A stretch of 64,000 nt of DNA from Lingula anatina (Eukaryota; Animalia; Brachiopoda). The stretch spans positions 6,878,587 through 6,942,586 of the forward strand of contig CM120648.1 of the NCBI GenBank assembly GCA_051362555.1. Reading direction: 5' to 3'. Under the pieces are notes generated by a model, which did no database searches, was not told where the DNA came from, and saw only the letters and a list, made by a program, of their open reading frames with translations. Below, piece by piece: positions 38,891-64,000 of this stretch; positions within the stretch are counted from its first letter, which is position 1, and every line of letters begins with the position of its first letter. The position numbers and the translations under genes are program-made.

Positions 38891-40030
38891 ATGGGGCTAC
38901 AGTGCTCAAACCTCCAGGGTCAACAATGTCTGGTTTGCACGTTCATATTTCTTATCGCCGTGGTCGTATATTCGACGATAGTGTTAATGATGGATGGAAA
39001 TATCTTGATCTATAAAACAACGTATTCTAAAATCGGGGTCAAGGTACCAGATGAGCCGGTACAACCACGACAGGAGTCAAGCTTTGGAACTTCTCAAAGA
39101 TTCCACGGAATAAACAAGAATATAAGTTTGATTGAAAAGGTCAATTATATTCGAGAAACGCTATGGCCACGGCTTAACACCGTTTATATAAACGCAAGCG
39201 ACGTTTTTTTTAATAATGATACACACGTTTATGAGAAGGATGGGAAGCCGTTCATGTTCATGTATTGGAACGGGTCTTCAATGCCCGCTTACACTGAGCT
39301 GTGTGTCTTGTCGACTTTGTGCCATAACTATGAAGACTTTCAATTATATATGTTAGACGCAACAGAGTTTCCGAAAAGCGTTCCCTACGTCCACACGGCT
39401 TTTAAGTCGCTCACCCCCAATCATCAATCCGATTATTACCGTGCCGCCATGCTGAATCAATATGGCGGCATTTACATGGACGTTGACACCCTCAGCTTTA
39501 ACAGTATGAAAACCAAGTTGAACATGCTGTCGAATTACGATTTTATTTTCGGCGGGGATGATTACTGGTTTATTTTCATCACTCCTCTAGGTCCTATTCG
39601 CGCCCATACTCACCTAACTACAACTTGGATTCAGGAACTGTTTGAGCTGTTTAACCGGCCTAAAAATCGGGTGTTTCTGGAAAAGGGACGCGACGAACTT
39701 TCCTGGGACGCTTTGATGACCCATAGTTTCAAACGCCTCCTGCACGAGTACATCGATCACAAGGTCATATCTACATTCAGGTTTAATATATCCAAGTCTT
39801 GGGGACAGTTTAGCGTGAACGACTTAATGTCTCAGCGTGACTTGATACCAGGGTATCAGGAAACGGACGCAATGACTTTAAACAATGCTCTATACCCCAA
39901 AGAATACAAGAATCTGAACACCTCCCAAGTGCTCCAGAGCCAAAGAGGATTATCTCAGCTACTCCGGCTATCTTTGAATTCTTGCTGGACAAAACTGATA
40001 TCCAAAGATATCGATGTTATTCCAACTTAA
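38891..40030 (+). CDS. DXD-motif glycosyltransferase (GT32-like), paralog B, ~379 aa
   Basis: Collinear with paralog A; HQSDYYRAAMLNQYGGIYMDVD. Start placed at 38891 because it follows ttcacag|t exactly as in paralog A. The ORF-track start at 38753 is probably intronic. Confidence 0.88.
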   Translation: MGLQCSNLQGQQCLVCTFIFLIAVVVYSTIVLMMDGNILIYKTTYSKIGVKVPDEPVQPRQESSFGTSQRFHGINKNISLIEKVNYIRETLWPRLNTVYINASDVFFNNDTHVYEKDGKPFMFMYWNGSSMPAYTELCVLSTLCHNYEDFQLYMLDATEFPKSVPYVHTAFKSLTPNHQSDYYRAAMLNQYGGIYMDVDTLSFNSMKTKLNMLSNYDFIFGGDDYWFIFITPLGPIRAHTHLTTTWIQELFELFNRPKNRVFLEKGRDELSWDALMTHSFKRLLHEYIDHKVISTFRFNISKSWGQFSVNDLMSQRDLIPGYQETDAMTLNNALYPKEYKNLNTSQVLQSQRGLSQLLRLSLNSCWTKLISKDIDVIPT

Positions 40031-41669
40031 TATTAGGTATCATGGATTTTGTCCCATAGATTAACATTTATGGTTGTATTATAAATGTATGGATGCGTCC
40101 TACAAGACACATTTCCATTAGGAAAAAGATCCGTCGGTATGCAAACCATGATAAAAAAAGGTTTCACAAAAGATAAAGTCGTCATATTCTTTTTAATGTA
40201 TGTTACTTGTTGTATTGTTGACATATCATTGTTTTAAACCCCAGAAGGAGTTCCTAAGTATTAATCTGGCATCAGAAACAATTACACTCAAACGATAAAG
40301 CTGACAAAGCCGAGGAACTGTTTCACGATGCAGAAATCATTGGTCACTGGCGCTAAGATACCAGCACCAGCAGGCTAAAAGGGCTGTTTATAGCTCTGTA
40401 ATCAACGTAATTTCACTACAGATTGCAATCAGTAAGTACGAGTCTCACCTACACCCTCTGTATCACCCTCTCTACCTATACAACCAGCATTTATATTCTG
40501 AACTTCATCAAATTAGGGTAACTCGCCAATATGGCCAATACTACTACCGGTATTTTCCATACAAACATCACTTGGAAGTGAATTCTTTTGCATGGATACA
40601 TACAGTATTTAACCAAGATATTGTCATTATACATTATAATCTTACTGATTACCTTTCTCTGCGTTTTATGGTATTTGCATGTGCACTGGTGCATGTGGTA
40701 AAAAGGTATTCTACGGACTTTCCTTGATGAATGTAAATTTCATCGAGAAAATAGCACGAATCACCGCTAGTCCCTACACTTGGATTTGATGTATTGTACC
40801 ATTTAAGTGAGATATCTTAGAGCTAAATATCAATGAGTTACATGTACAGTATATTAATGAGTAGTGATCCTTATACAAGTACGTTTGCATGCCAAAACCG
40901 ATGGCAGATATGATTCTTATTTACGATCAACAAAACTTTTTTTGGCGGAAAAGAGACACAAATCAAATAAAAGATAGATATTATATTTAGAAAAAAATTA
41001 ACTTTTTCCAGACGAGTTGAAAAAATAAACCAACCCAACAAAATGTTCACATTGTTAATCCGAGACAGAAAAAGAATTCGAACAAACACCAAAACTATCA
41101 TATCGATAATACATTATTTAATCTGCACATAAGAAAGGAAAGGCATAACCGCGATACACACATATAAAAAGAAACAGCTTTGGTAGTATGAACATATCAA
41201 GCATGGCCACGCCTCTGCAGTACTGTTTGTGCGAGAATATTGCCGGATGACATCACTGACTACTAGCCGTGACGTCATTGGAGTTGGCCCCAGGTTTTAT
41301 CCAGGTTCCATGAAGCACATATATTTATATATGTCATGGTATATAAGTCCTCTCTTGAAATGCCTGACATACTATTGTGACCATAACAATTAACGCACTG
41401 TTCTATATCTTGAAAGTATTATTTTGCCATGAAGTAAATATCTAATCATTATAATGCAATTCAAGTTGAAGTGCTGATGACTTCACTGTATTAGCGGGGT
41501 ACATTTTATGTTGTGTGAACCTTCCCAAAATGACGTTGTGCAGGACGAAGATAATACAATGTACAATGAAGAAGAAGTCATTCATTTCTACTTTCAGTAA
41601 TGCTTAGCTGAAAACCTCGGCGCTGCCACTAGGCCATGGGCGTGATCTGTGCATTGACGCATGCGCAGA

Positions 41670-54116
<12,447 letters not shown>

Positions 54117-55486
54117 CTTGCTATATCTATGGGTTCTTCTTACTTCTCTTCGTTTTTAGTTGTCAGCGATTCTTCAGTTAGTTATATTTAAGTTGGTCGC
54201 ATGTTATATCTCCGCTTTTCTGACGTCTGGATTCTTCCATGTTAGCCTCTACCGGGGAGGAATAGGTCGTACAGAGTTGCACAAAAATTTGCACACCAAT
54301 CCAATACAGAGAAGCCGGATACGGATTTCATCCTTGAGTGCGCGGAAAACTTCGGCCATTTCCGTACCTCTACCTAAACCAGGGCTCCATAACTCGAAAG
54401 CATCGCGTATTGCGAATAGCGATATCACATAGAGGCTACAATGTATTATATGGGACGAGCATGGGCGAGTTATGGAATCGAGACGCTTGCGCTCGGTGGC
54501 AATGCGCGATACTTTCGAGTTACGGGGCCCAGCGCTATTCTGCCACTTCGTGTGAAACCGTGCATCATCGTCCCGGATATACGGAATCACCCGACGTTGA
54601 CCTGGCACATTGATGCTATGCATGGCAGTGTTTAAGGTGGACGGCATCGACCGAGATGAGCTACAGTAATCGTTTCCATTTGACTGATATCATAAGCGTC
54701 TCATCGTCAACTTGCCTGCACGGCTAAAAGGTGCAATTAAATATATATACGTTTTGTTTTGATGTCATGTACATGTAGTATTAGAGATGGAACTTAACAG
54801 TTGATTTAATTGCTGAGGTGATCAGAAGTGAATTGAAATAATCGAGATAAAGCCAAATAAACAACATAACACGAGTTACCATACGGGGTGGTGGTGGTGT
54901 GTGTGTGTGGGGGGGGGGGGGGTGCTCTGAGTGTACATTTTATATTTTAGCAATACACATGTTATGAAATGTTTATTGTAAACAGTGACCCTGCAGTGAT
55001 TATACAGAATGCATTCAGTTTAATTTGTCGACTCCCGACCACTATATATGACAAAAAGACAGTGCGTGATAAAGTCAATAAACAGTAAAATATGCGATGT
55101 GCCCTTTAACGCTACTATTTTTATTGTGAAGTGTCCTTTATGATGTTAATCGTCGTTACCCAAACCCATAGACTCATATTCCGAAAATAGCCTCTTTATT
55201 CATCTTCTTCAGGTGAGGACCGTTCCTGTGGTTTCTTGATTGTTTATCAATTCGCTATCGCCACAATTTCTGATTGGTTGAAGCAGCTTTTGAATTAAAA
55301 TTCGAACGTTAACGTTAACTTAAATAGTTTAAGCAGCTCAAACGTCATTGAAAATGGATTAAGTAAGGTCGAGCAAACGAGCAATAGTGGGTTAAAGACA
55401 TAAAGGTGTGCGTATTTGTACTCGTGCTATTTAAACTATTTCATGAACTGGTCGAGTTAGATGGGAATGTTTCTTTAAAAACAAGT

Positions 55487-55521
<35 letters not shown>

Positions 55522-57844
55522 CATGCTAACCCGCTGCAGGACACGAATATAACCGTTTTCACGAACCCGGATTTTAGTAAACAGAGGAAATACACGTGAT
55601 ATTACTTGACTAAGGTTCAATTTACTTTTTTCCATTTAAAAAGCCCACAGCTGTAATTGCGATTTCAGACCATGCACAGGCCAGGATATATGTCAATAAA
55701 TGTAAATAAACGTCAATAAATTGAAGTAATGGCGTCCGCCTGTGATGCCACCGGTGCAATTTGTGTGAAAGTTAAATGTTTATTTTATTTGTTCATTTAT
55801 TTATCAATATTTCGAGAGTCCAGGCAAAATATGATTTTCAAGTTAACAGGGGCCTATTAACTCCATAGTTTGGCTTTGTAGGGCAGGATAACGCAACGAA
55901 TACCAGTTTATCTATTAAGGATATTGCATTCTCCTTTGCTGGGAACAAGTTCGATTTTTAGAAACTTCGTCTCCTGTGTTGTGTAGGGGTGCGTGCGTGC
56001 ATGCATGCGCGTTGTGTGTCTGGGTGTTAGAGAAAGGAAAATGGGAAAAAACGGAAGAATGAATGAATGAATGAATGAATGAATGAATGAAAGAGAAGGA
56101 ATCCACCAGTAAGTTTATTTATTCGTAAATTTACATCTGTAATGACAGAAGATTTTTAAAAAATGCTAAGAAACTGATGTTACTTTTATAGAACAAAAAC
56201 ATACAGAGAAAAAGCATTTTGTCAACCAGTTAAGAATGTGGGAGAAATAAACGCAGTCATTGGCAGAACGTACCTAAACAGAAAGTACACGACGTAACGG
56301 AGTAAAATGCATATAAATAGAACCTTTTATGACCGGGAGAAAGTATAATCTGCTTTCTTTGGCTGTTATATATCTAGGTCGTGTCTTTTCTGGTGAAAGA
56401 TATCGTAGTTCATGTGCTATTGTTTAAATAAACCACTTTTTTTCAGATTGCCTGTGGTCACATGTTGGGACGACACACCACGTCCAGTGGTTGAAGTATT
56501 CTTGGTATAATTCTGGTAACGAGAAATGTAATTTTGTAATACTGTACCTTGCTCCAAAAAGTTGGCCCCGAAAAGTACATGTAGCTCAGTTTGACCACAC
56601 TACAGATACACCATGACTGCATTTATATCCTCTTAAATTCTAGCTAGTGTCATGAAAATCAACCTTATTGTGTTTGTTAAATGAGTTAAAATATTTAGAA
56701 ATCCGTGCATAGGTCATAGGGAGCCTGCACATTTAAAGCTCAATAAACATACAAACTCTTGCATGAATTTAATTAACTATCAACGAGGAAACATAACACC
56801 ATAAGAAGTGTGTAGATATAACCTCGCGGTTTCCCTAACTTGTTTATCAACACTAGTCAGAGTACAACCGCATGGACACGATTAATCCAGGCACCCCGAC
56901 GAGATAAAAAACAAAACTTCTAAGTACATTTAATGGAATTATGCAAAGAAGTGTTTCATTTTAAACCAATTAAATCTTTAAATATTTACTTTGCAGTATA
57001 TATAAACAGACGCTTGGTACGATTAGAACGTAGCAGCGGCTTCATTTCCTTATCATCACATGTGTGAAATGTTTTTTAAATCATTTAATTATCAGTTTTC
57101 ACAATTTCCTGCTGAAAAGGCTGTCACGTTCGCAACAAGGATCATTTTCTTTCCAAGAAAATTTCGCTTTCTTGGAAAAGCAGTTAAAGCATACTGTACT
57201 TAGAAATTTTTCAAAACAATAATAAAAGCTTACCCAAAAGAAGGGTTAACATTCCCAAAATCCGTCCCAAGAAGTTTCACTTGGACGTATGGAAGAGAAA
57301 TACCATACACTGAAATCATACAGGTAGGCAGGCCTATGTCAATATTTCTTGCAAAGCGCATGTTCAGTAATTATATGTAAAACACCAAACATATCTATCA
57401 GCGTTATCAAAGTAACATTTGATTCATTCGGTTGTATTACGTTATACTATACTAAATCAAGCTACCGGCTCAAGTGCCAGGAAAACAAAAGAATTACACC
57501 AGAAACTAGTAGTCTAACAGCATCTGTAACAGCATCCATCGATCTTATAGATCGTCCGGAGAATCTTATACTTATTAAGCCTTCGTATAACTACAGCTTT
57601 TCTGATCTGAGATTTTAAGCTCTCCCACACACACACAGAGTCACGCATCAGTGGAAATGATAACATTCCCAATACGAATATATCATATTTATCAGGTTTT
57701 TTTTACAGATAAAACAGGCATGTACAGTTACACTGTATGGGTTAAGCACTCCTGTCTTATACTTTACGTATAGAAACGGGACATGTTATACATGTATATG
57801 AACCTGTACATGTAGTTGATAGCAAGGTGTCCAACCCCATGCCC

Positions 57845-58029
57845 CAGGCCCGTAGCCAGTAATTTCAAAAGGGGGGGGGGTCTTTTTCTGAAAAAAGTGG
57901 ACCTTTTCCCATAAAATCGTCATGTACCTAGCTTAAATTTTACCAACAGTGGACCTTTTCCCAGCAAAAGGGGCAGTTCTTTCGAACCCCCCCCCCCCCC
58001 GAACCCCCCCCCCCCCGGCTACGGGCCTG
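57845..58029 (+). mobile_element. Second copy of the CAGGCCCGTAGCC MITE (5-bp TSD TGCCC)
   Basis: Same TIR and interior as 47359-47564; tgccc on both flanks. Confidence 0.9.
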
Positions 58030-59202
58030 TGCCCACAGCTTTTATTTATAATTACATTAGTAATTAATGTCTTATTGATATACAGATGAAAAATAAAGAT
58101 GTAGTCTTAAATTGTAAATGTTAATTTTTTTGAACGATTAACAAAAATCATTATCTGAGCAGTTTTAGTTCAGATTATGTAACTCGAATTTCACTGGTCG
58201 AACGTGCTTTGTTACTTGAACACTTGATGAATAAGTTATGCGTTAACAAAGAAAAGGTTATTATTAACCATTATATATCACCACGATTATTTTATTAACA
58301 ATTAATTTAAGGACTTGCGTATTTTTATATCACCGGATATTTACCTCACGGAGCTCACAAGGGACTAGGTGGACATATTTGACCAGTATGTACTGTTGAC
58401 ATGGTAACAAGGTGAATTAATGAGATGTCATGACGGACATTAACCTCTCGCGTCAGATGGACAACAACACGCCGTCTACGTAAAACGTGTCCTTTCCTGT
58501 AATTAGATTTCTTGTGGAATTTTTATATTTAATTTAAGCGTGGGTGACAGGTGTTCTGATATAATTGTTATTTGCCGCTTTCCTCACGCACCAGGCAGTG
58601 AATATTAAGCCGGTGAGGTAGACCCCTAAATACATATCTTGTGTTCTTTCGCTTACTGAAAAGCCGCCCATTTCTACCATAAAACTATAAAGTGTAATAT
58701 ATATTTTACGAAGACGAGATTCTTGCAGGCTCAGTGCTCAAAACAAATTTAGCTAACACATAGTTTATTAAACTAAGTGTGCATATACGATATGACGCAC
58801 TCAGTGTAATTTCAGGGCACTAAAAAAATTTACATCCTGTTTCTTTTTTAAAATCAGTTATCAAACACCCACACTCGTTCTTGTTCAAACAATCTTCTCT
58901 TATCCAAATGTCGGACGAGCAGGATGCACCGCCCTCAAAGATAGCAGTAAACAATGGCAAATCCTTTCACAGGTGTGGCAGTAATAATACTCTAGTAGCT
59001 ATCAATGGGGGTATATCTCTTTCTGAAATATTGCGACATCCTACAATGGGTGCTACAAGGGCAAGTGCGTGGGTTTGGTTCTTTATAAAAGTGACATATG
59101 AAAATGTGTATATGTATATATATAATTAATTATTTTTTATCATTAATAACTTATTGATTCATTCAAGAATGAATATATCAGTGTAGCTATGACTGAGTAA
59201 CG

Positions 59203-59252
<50 letters not shown>

Positions 59253-60449
59253 TTAGTTTCAATAAAAACAGATTATTATATACTGTATAATGATACACAA
59301 GAAAACCAGAGCGATACCTCAGACACTGGAATAAAATCACTGACATGAAATTTCACTTTTTTTAATCTACAAACCTTTTTTTAAAGGTAACTTGATTTTC
59401 TACCAATACTTCATACGATAGGTAAAACGTAATATCTTGTATCAGATTTATCAGAACAGGAACATTATACTACAGAAAATTCAGTAAATCGTGCTGAGAG
59501 GTTTGCCCGCTCTCTACAAGGTGGCTAATTTGCCGAGTACTTGATGTAATTTCTACTTTGTCAGAGATCGTGCTTTTTTATTGAGAGGGTACCTAAGTCT
59601 CTAACAAAAATTACTTTAGCTACTTTACTAACTGTTTTAGCTGCAACACATGCTGCCTTTGGTCCTTATTTAAAAAAAATCCTGAACTCAAAATTTGCCA
59701 CCCCCCCCCCCCCCAAAAAAAAAAATAATAATAATGATAATAAATATGTAAATGAAAAAGCAAAATCTGTTTCAGCTCCCTTTGGATATTTAGAGACCTT
59801 TAGATCCCTGAGGTTTAAAATAGTAGTAAATAATAATGAAACAAAAGCCCGAAAGTCACGAATGTGATATCCGTTCGACGTGAATGAGGAAATGATCACA
59901 ATGAAGGTTATTAGGTTATTAGATTCGATTTGCATGAAATAAAATACGAAATGAGCTTTTCGAAGAATCGTGTTTAGTCTAAATTAAGGTCCGGGTGCGG
60001 AGGACGTAAACAAGTCTGGAGCATGCCTGTCAGAGTATAACACGACTGCGTGCTGACGGCTATTACAACCCGGAACTAGGCCACGGTAAGAGAAAATGAG
60101 GCTGACGGACCAGGGCAATTGTGAAAATACCAGACACCTTTCTTTCTGGTTTTGAAGTAATGTGCAGACTGCTCGGTAGGTGAGGAATGATATTTACTAT
60201 TATATTAAGTGAAAGTAGATTTTTTGCACGTGTGTAGCTGTATAAAGATGCACAAGTTTCAAAAGGGAAAGAATCCGCGATTGGAAAGTGTGCCCAAAAC
60301 TGGGTCCCACTCGGTACTTCTGGTCACCATCGTACACGCTGTGCCGATATCCGGCATAATAAACTCGCCCTGTTTTCACTTTAGAAGTCCTATTTAGCCG
60401 GTTGCCTTTAACACAGATTCAGTAAAGTAAAGAAATACAGATAGCGACT

Positions 60450-62340
60450 ATGAATCGTCTTCGAAATCTCGCCTTTGTTTTGGCGTTCTCCTTATTAACC
60501 GTAGCAGACTGTTCGACCGGGACACAGGTAAGGTTTTGAAAGTTTGGTGGCGTTTTCTACCTTGGCCGAAACCGTTCGTGCTTCCCCTTTTGAGTGCGGC
60601 GCGTTACTCATCGTAATTTCCTTCTTTGAACGCACAGCCCCTTTCGAAAAGTGATCAGAAATAATATCATTAGGCGTAGAGGTAATGCTGCTCTATGCGT
60701 GTGAGATTTTAACAGTCTTTTGGCACCTTGCGGCAGGTCCCGCAGTGAAACAAGGATTATGTTGCCGCAGCAATATCGCGCTCGGGGACGCCTGTTTGTT
60801 ACTTTTAAATGCTCCCTTTTTTGTTTTAATGGCTTAAATTACTTTAATGGTTCTTAATCAATCAGGGAGACAGTAGTTTGTGGTTTTTGGTTTGATGCAC
60901 TATATGGTGCTTCGCGTTTAATCTTCTACATATAAAGCGCCGCTAACGCTGCTGTACGTGTTACAGTGTACTGAACCCCAGTGTTGAGAAGAAAGAACCT
61001 CTCGCGCAGCGCTCCTCGTGTGCATAGTCACGGAATATAAAATCGTTAATATTGAATCATTTTCTTTGTTCTTGTGACCCCAGTGTATTCAATGTTTATA
61101 GATAAATGGATTGGATGCCTCCCTAGTTAGTATTGATTTGTTAGTGAGTGATTTAATTGATTACTATGTTTGTTTTTATTTATTCATCAATTTACTATTT
61201 TAGCTTTACTATAAGTTAAAAGATTAAAAGATTAATTTTTCAAACATATTTCGATATAATGCTGACGTAAATATTTTATGATTCAGATATACATTCTCCT
61301 TTTTTTATTTCATATTTGATTTTTTGTTTTAGTTTTGTTTTCATTTATTCATTTATTTATTTATTTATAATTTGTTAGTTTCATTGTTTGTTGTCTTTTT
61401 TGTTTGTTAGTTATTATTAGTTGTTGTTTTTTTTTTAAATTTAAAAATCATGTACCGAGTCTCATAGCTTTAATGTGATACAATTTTATCAACATTGTTG
61501 CCGCAGATGACCGAAGCGACCTCGACGTCACAAAGTGAGTTTATTTCTTATTTTATCTTTAAGCAACTTAAACGCTTGAACACACTCACCTAGAGAAATA
61601 CGACGCGTTATTCAAAAGACAGTGACTTAAACAGCTTTTAAGTAGCGGAGACATTTCAAAAAGTTACATTTTTAACAAGGGTTTTTTATTCGTTAATTAT
61701 TACACCTGTCTGCCTGAGCTTCACACATGTCATAATTAATATGCAGGTGGAGAAGACAATGCAGAGAGAAATCTTGTTGCTCTGAAGAACACGACGCTCC
61801 CTCCCAATCCCTGTGACGCCGTAAGTTGCAGTCATGGCTGTGACGTCAATGATGATGGCGGCGCTCACTGCACGTGCCCGGTGGGGAAGGAATTAGACGT
61901 AGACGAGAAGACGTGTAAAGGTAAGGTTATTATTATTATTATTATTATTGTATCTCTGATTTCATTTATTTTTTCTATTCATTATGTATTGATTTGTTTG
62001 TTTATTTGTTTGCTTATCATAAAATTTATTAATTGAGTTATTTATTAAGTTATTTATTGAGATTGAGTGAGTAAGTTACTTAGAAACTTATATACTGGTA
62101 TTGTTTATTTATTTATTTATTTATCAGACTTCTCATTGTTACTCATTCTCGAAATCTCCGTTCATTTTTGTCGTCATTCAGCAATTTAACTTCACTCTTC
62201 TGTGCGTAAACTCATTTATTCATTTATTTACACGTGCTTTAGTCATGCCATCCATCAGTTTACTACATCTGCATGCACTTCGTTAGATGCTTTGATCGTC
62301 CTTGATATATATGTATATAGCATATATATCATCCATTTAG

Positions 62341-62371
<31 letters not shown>

Positions 62372-63293
62372 AAAAGAAAAAAAGAACAGCAACTTTTTTT
62401 GCCCCGACCGGTTTCTTTCTTTCTTCAGGGGGTTTATTGTTTATTTGCTACTAGGTGATGTCATAAACGCTAAAATGTGACGTCTGTAACAATGGGTGTT
62501 TAATTGTTACTTTTACCAATGCTTTTATCTATTCAATGTAGGTTTATACTTATTAATGAATAGATTTTCTTTCATTTCTCTTTCTGTTTGGGTTGTTTCC
62601 CTAGTGAATTTATAAAATGGGAATACCGTAAAGTCCTTGTTTTTGTTCATAGGGCATTCCCTAATATGCCCACTCACAGACGTGCACTGATCAATATTTA
62701 GGTTGTCTTATTTGTTGTCTGTGAACGGTCATTCTATGTCGGAGAGTGTCTCCAGTTTGTCCTATATAGTTCTCACCGCATCCACTGCAAGTTAATACAC
62801 AAAATTAAATTTGAGCTAGTCCAGGTGAATGGGTGTTTAATTCTAAAAGTAAGTCCATTTTTAAATGTTAGATGGCTCCCCTCTTTAATTAGTGGGCAGG
62901 TGCCACACCTGGGTACCTCACATTTCTGTACTCGTATTGTTGAGGTTTCCATATTTGTCCTGGAATTGTTTTTCAATTTTGCTTTTGTTTAAATTTGCTT
63001 TAGTGATGGACTTTGTCTCTTACTCTTTATAATCTGCATTTCGGTTAGTATCTCATTCATTTTGTCATCTTGTTTTACCAAAGGTAAGTTTCCAGTTATG
63101 ACATTGTGTAACATTTAAAAATGGACTTACTTTTAGAATTAAACACCCATTCACCTGCACTAGCTCAAATTTAATTTATGTATTAACTTGCAGTAGTCAT
63201 GCCATCCATCAGTTTACTACATCTGCATGCACTTCGTTAGATGCTTTGATCGTCCTTGATATATATGTATATAGCATATATATCATCCATTTA

Positions 63294-63371
<78 letters not shown>

Positions 63372-63506
63372 TCCAACCAACGCTCCCCTCTGACTCACTG
63401 AAAAATGGCATTCTAGTGATATCACAAATTGTTACCGTCGTTTTAGATATCCCCATCAAGTGTCCGGCGGGGTACAAACCTAATGCTGCCAGGTCAGGAT
63501 GTGTAG
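60450..63506 (+). CDS. 5' part of a secreted or cell-surface EGF-domain protein (continues beyond the window)
   Basis: Exons 60450-60527 (signal peptide MNRLRNLAFVLAFSLLTVADC), 61507-61534 (28-nt microexon), 61747-61920 (NPCDAVSCSHGCDVNDDGGAHCTCPVGKELDVDEKTCK), 63447-63506 (DIPIKCPAGYKPNAARSGCV). GT-AG and phase-compatible. Confidence 0.78.
62370..63194 (-). mobile_element. Penelope-like retroelement 3' fragment (GIY-YIG endonuclease remnant) with inverted segment
   Basis: Minus-strand remnant CEVPRCGTCPLI...FTWTSSNLI/YVLTCSGCGENYIGQTGDTLRHRMTVHRQQI (frameshifted GIY-YIG). 63109-63194 is an inverted copy of 62784-62870. Flanked by a 101-bp direct duplication (62240-62340 and 63194-63294). 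Confidence 0.85.
62402..62432 (-). ncRNA. Minimal type I hammerhead-ribozyme-like motif at the Penelope 3' end (possibly degenerate)
   Basis: Minus strand reads CCCC-CUGAAGA-aagaaa-GAAA-CCG-GUC-GGGG: catalytic-core boxes, CCCC/GGGG stem I and palindromic ACCGGU stem III. Stem II lacks an obvious base pair. Confidence 0.55.
63295..63369. repeat. (TA)n microsatellite
   Basis: Direct reading; others at 10986-11027, 30018-30060 and 50042-50095. Confidence 0.95.
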
Positions 63507-64000
63507 GTGAGTTGATATACTGCCTCCCCCCCCCCTACCAGCTAGGGGTTACATGTACCTCTGAAAACTGATCAAATGAACAAAACTTGACATTTATTGC
63601 GTCATGGATCTTGCACATATGACAACTTTGTTAAACAATGGGCACAATGGTTACCACTTTTTGTTGAAGGGGAATAGCAGTAGCATCCCTTTCTTTATCT
63701 TTTGGGTTTAAGTTTTCTATTATATTTTATTTAATTTTGTTTTGTTAATCAGCAGGCACTTAGAGATGAAGTTACTATATTTGAGTGAAATGGACAGACA
63801 ACTAATTAGTCTATTTTTGTAAACACAACTGTGTAATGCAAGGATAATATACATATTAGCAGTGACCAAGTATGAGTGTTGTGCGTACGTGGGTATGTGT
63901 GCGTGTATGAAAGGAACATATATATATACTCTATTTGTGTTTATTTATTTACTTATTATTATTTTTTTCCATAATAAAAAAAAAATTTAAAAAAAAAAAA

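Noticed and set aside
54249-54647. 132-aa minus-strand ORF upstream of the SVEP1-like ATG
   Set aside because: No motif; more likely GC-richer 5'UTR or promoter sequence. A uORF role cannot be excluded.

Overview
This is AT-rich, intron-rich eukaryotic genomic DNA with GT-AG spliced genes, microsatellites and many transposon relics. It is most likely from a marine invertebrate (an echinoderm or hemichordate-like deuterostome is my guess; the species cannot be determined). I assembled eight protein-coding genes by hand: (1) a secreted glycine-rich protein (+); (2) an 8-exon secreted EMI-LDLa-LDLa-SRCR protein (-) that the ORF track largely misses; (3) an 8-exon mitochondrial acetyl-CoA hydrolase/acetate:succinate CoA-transferase (-); (4) a 7-exon aquaporin (-) whose aromatic/arginine filter appears completely replaced (T/V/A/V, NPAV instead of NPAR); (5,6) two tandem DXD-motif GT32/capsular-polysaccharide-synthesis-like glycosyltransferases with intronless CDS (+); (7) a 20-exon SVEP1-like gene (-) that stops right after its pentraxin domain; (8) the 5' end of a secreted EGF-domain gene (+) running off the window. 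Mobile DNA includes a Sola3-like TIR element, hAT-like MITEs with 5- and 6-bp target duplications, Helentron/HINE-like elements (one carrying a 161-bp tandem array), and a Penelope-like fragment with GIY-YIG remnants and a minimal hammerhead-like motif. The most notable candidate is the arginine-less aquaporin. No CRISPR, rRNA or tRNA genes were recognised. Exon boundaries were read by eye and checked for frame consistency; no database searches were run.
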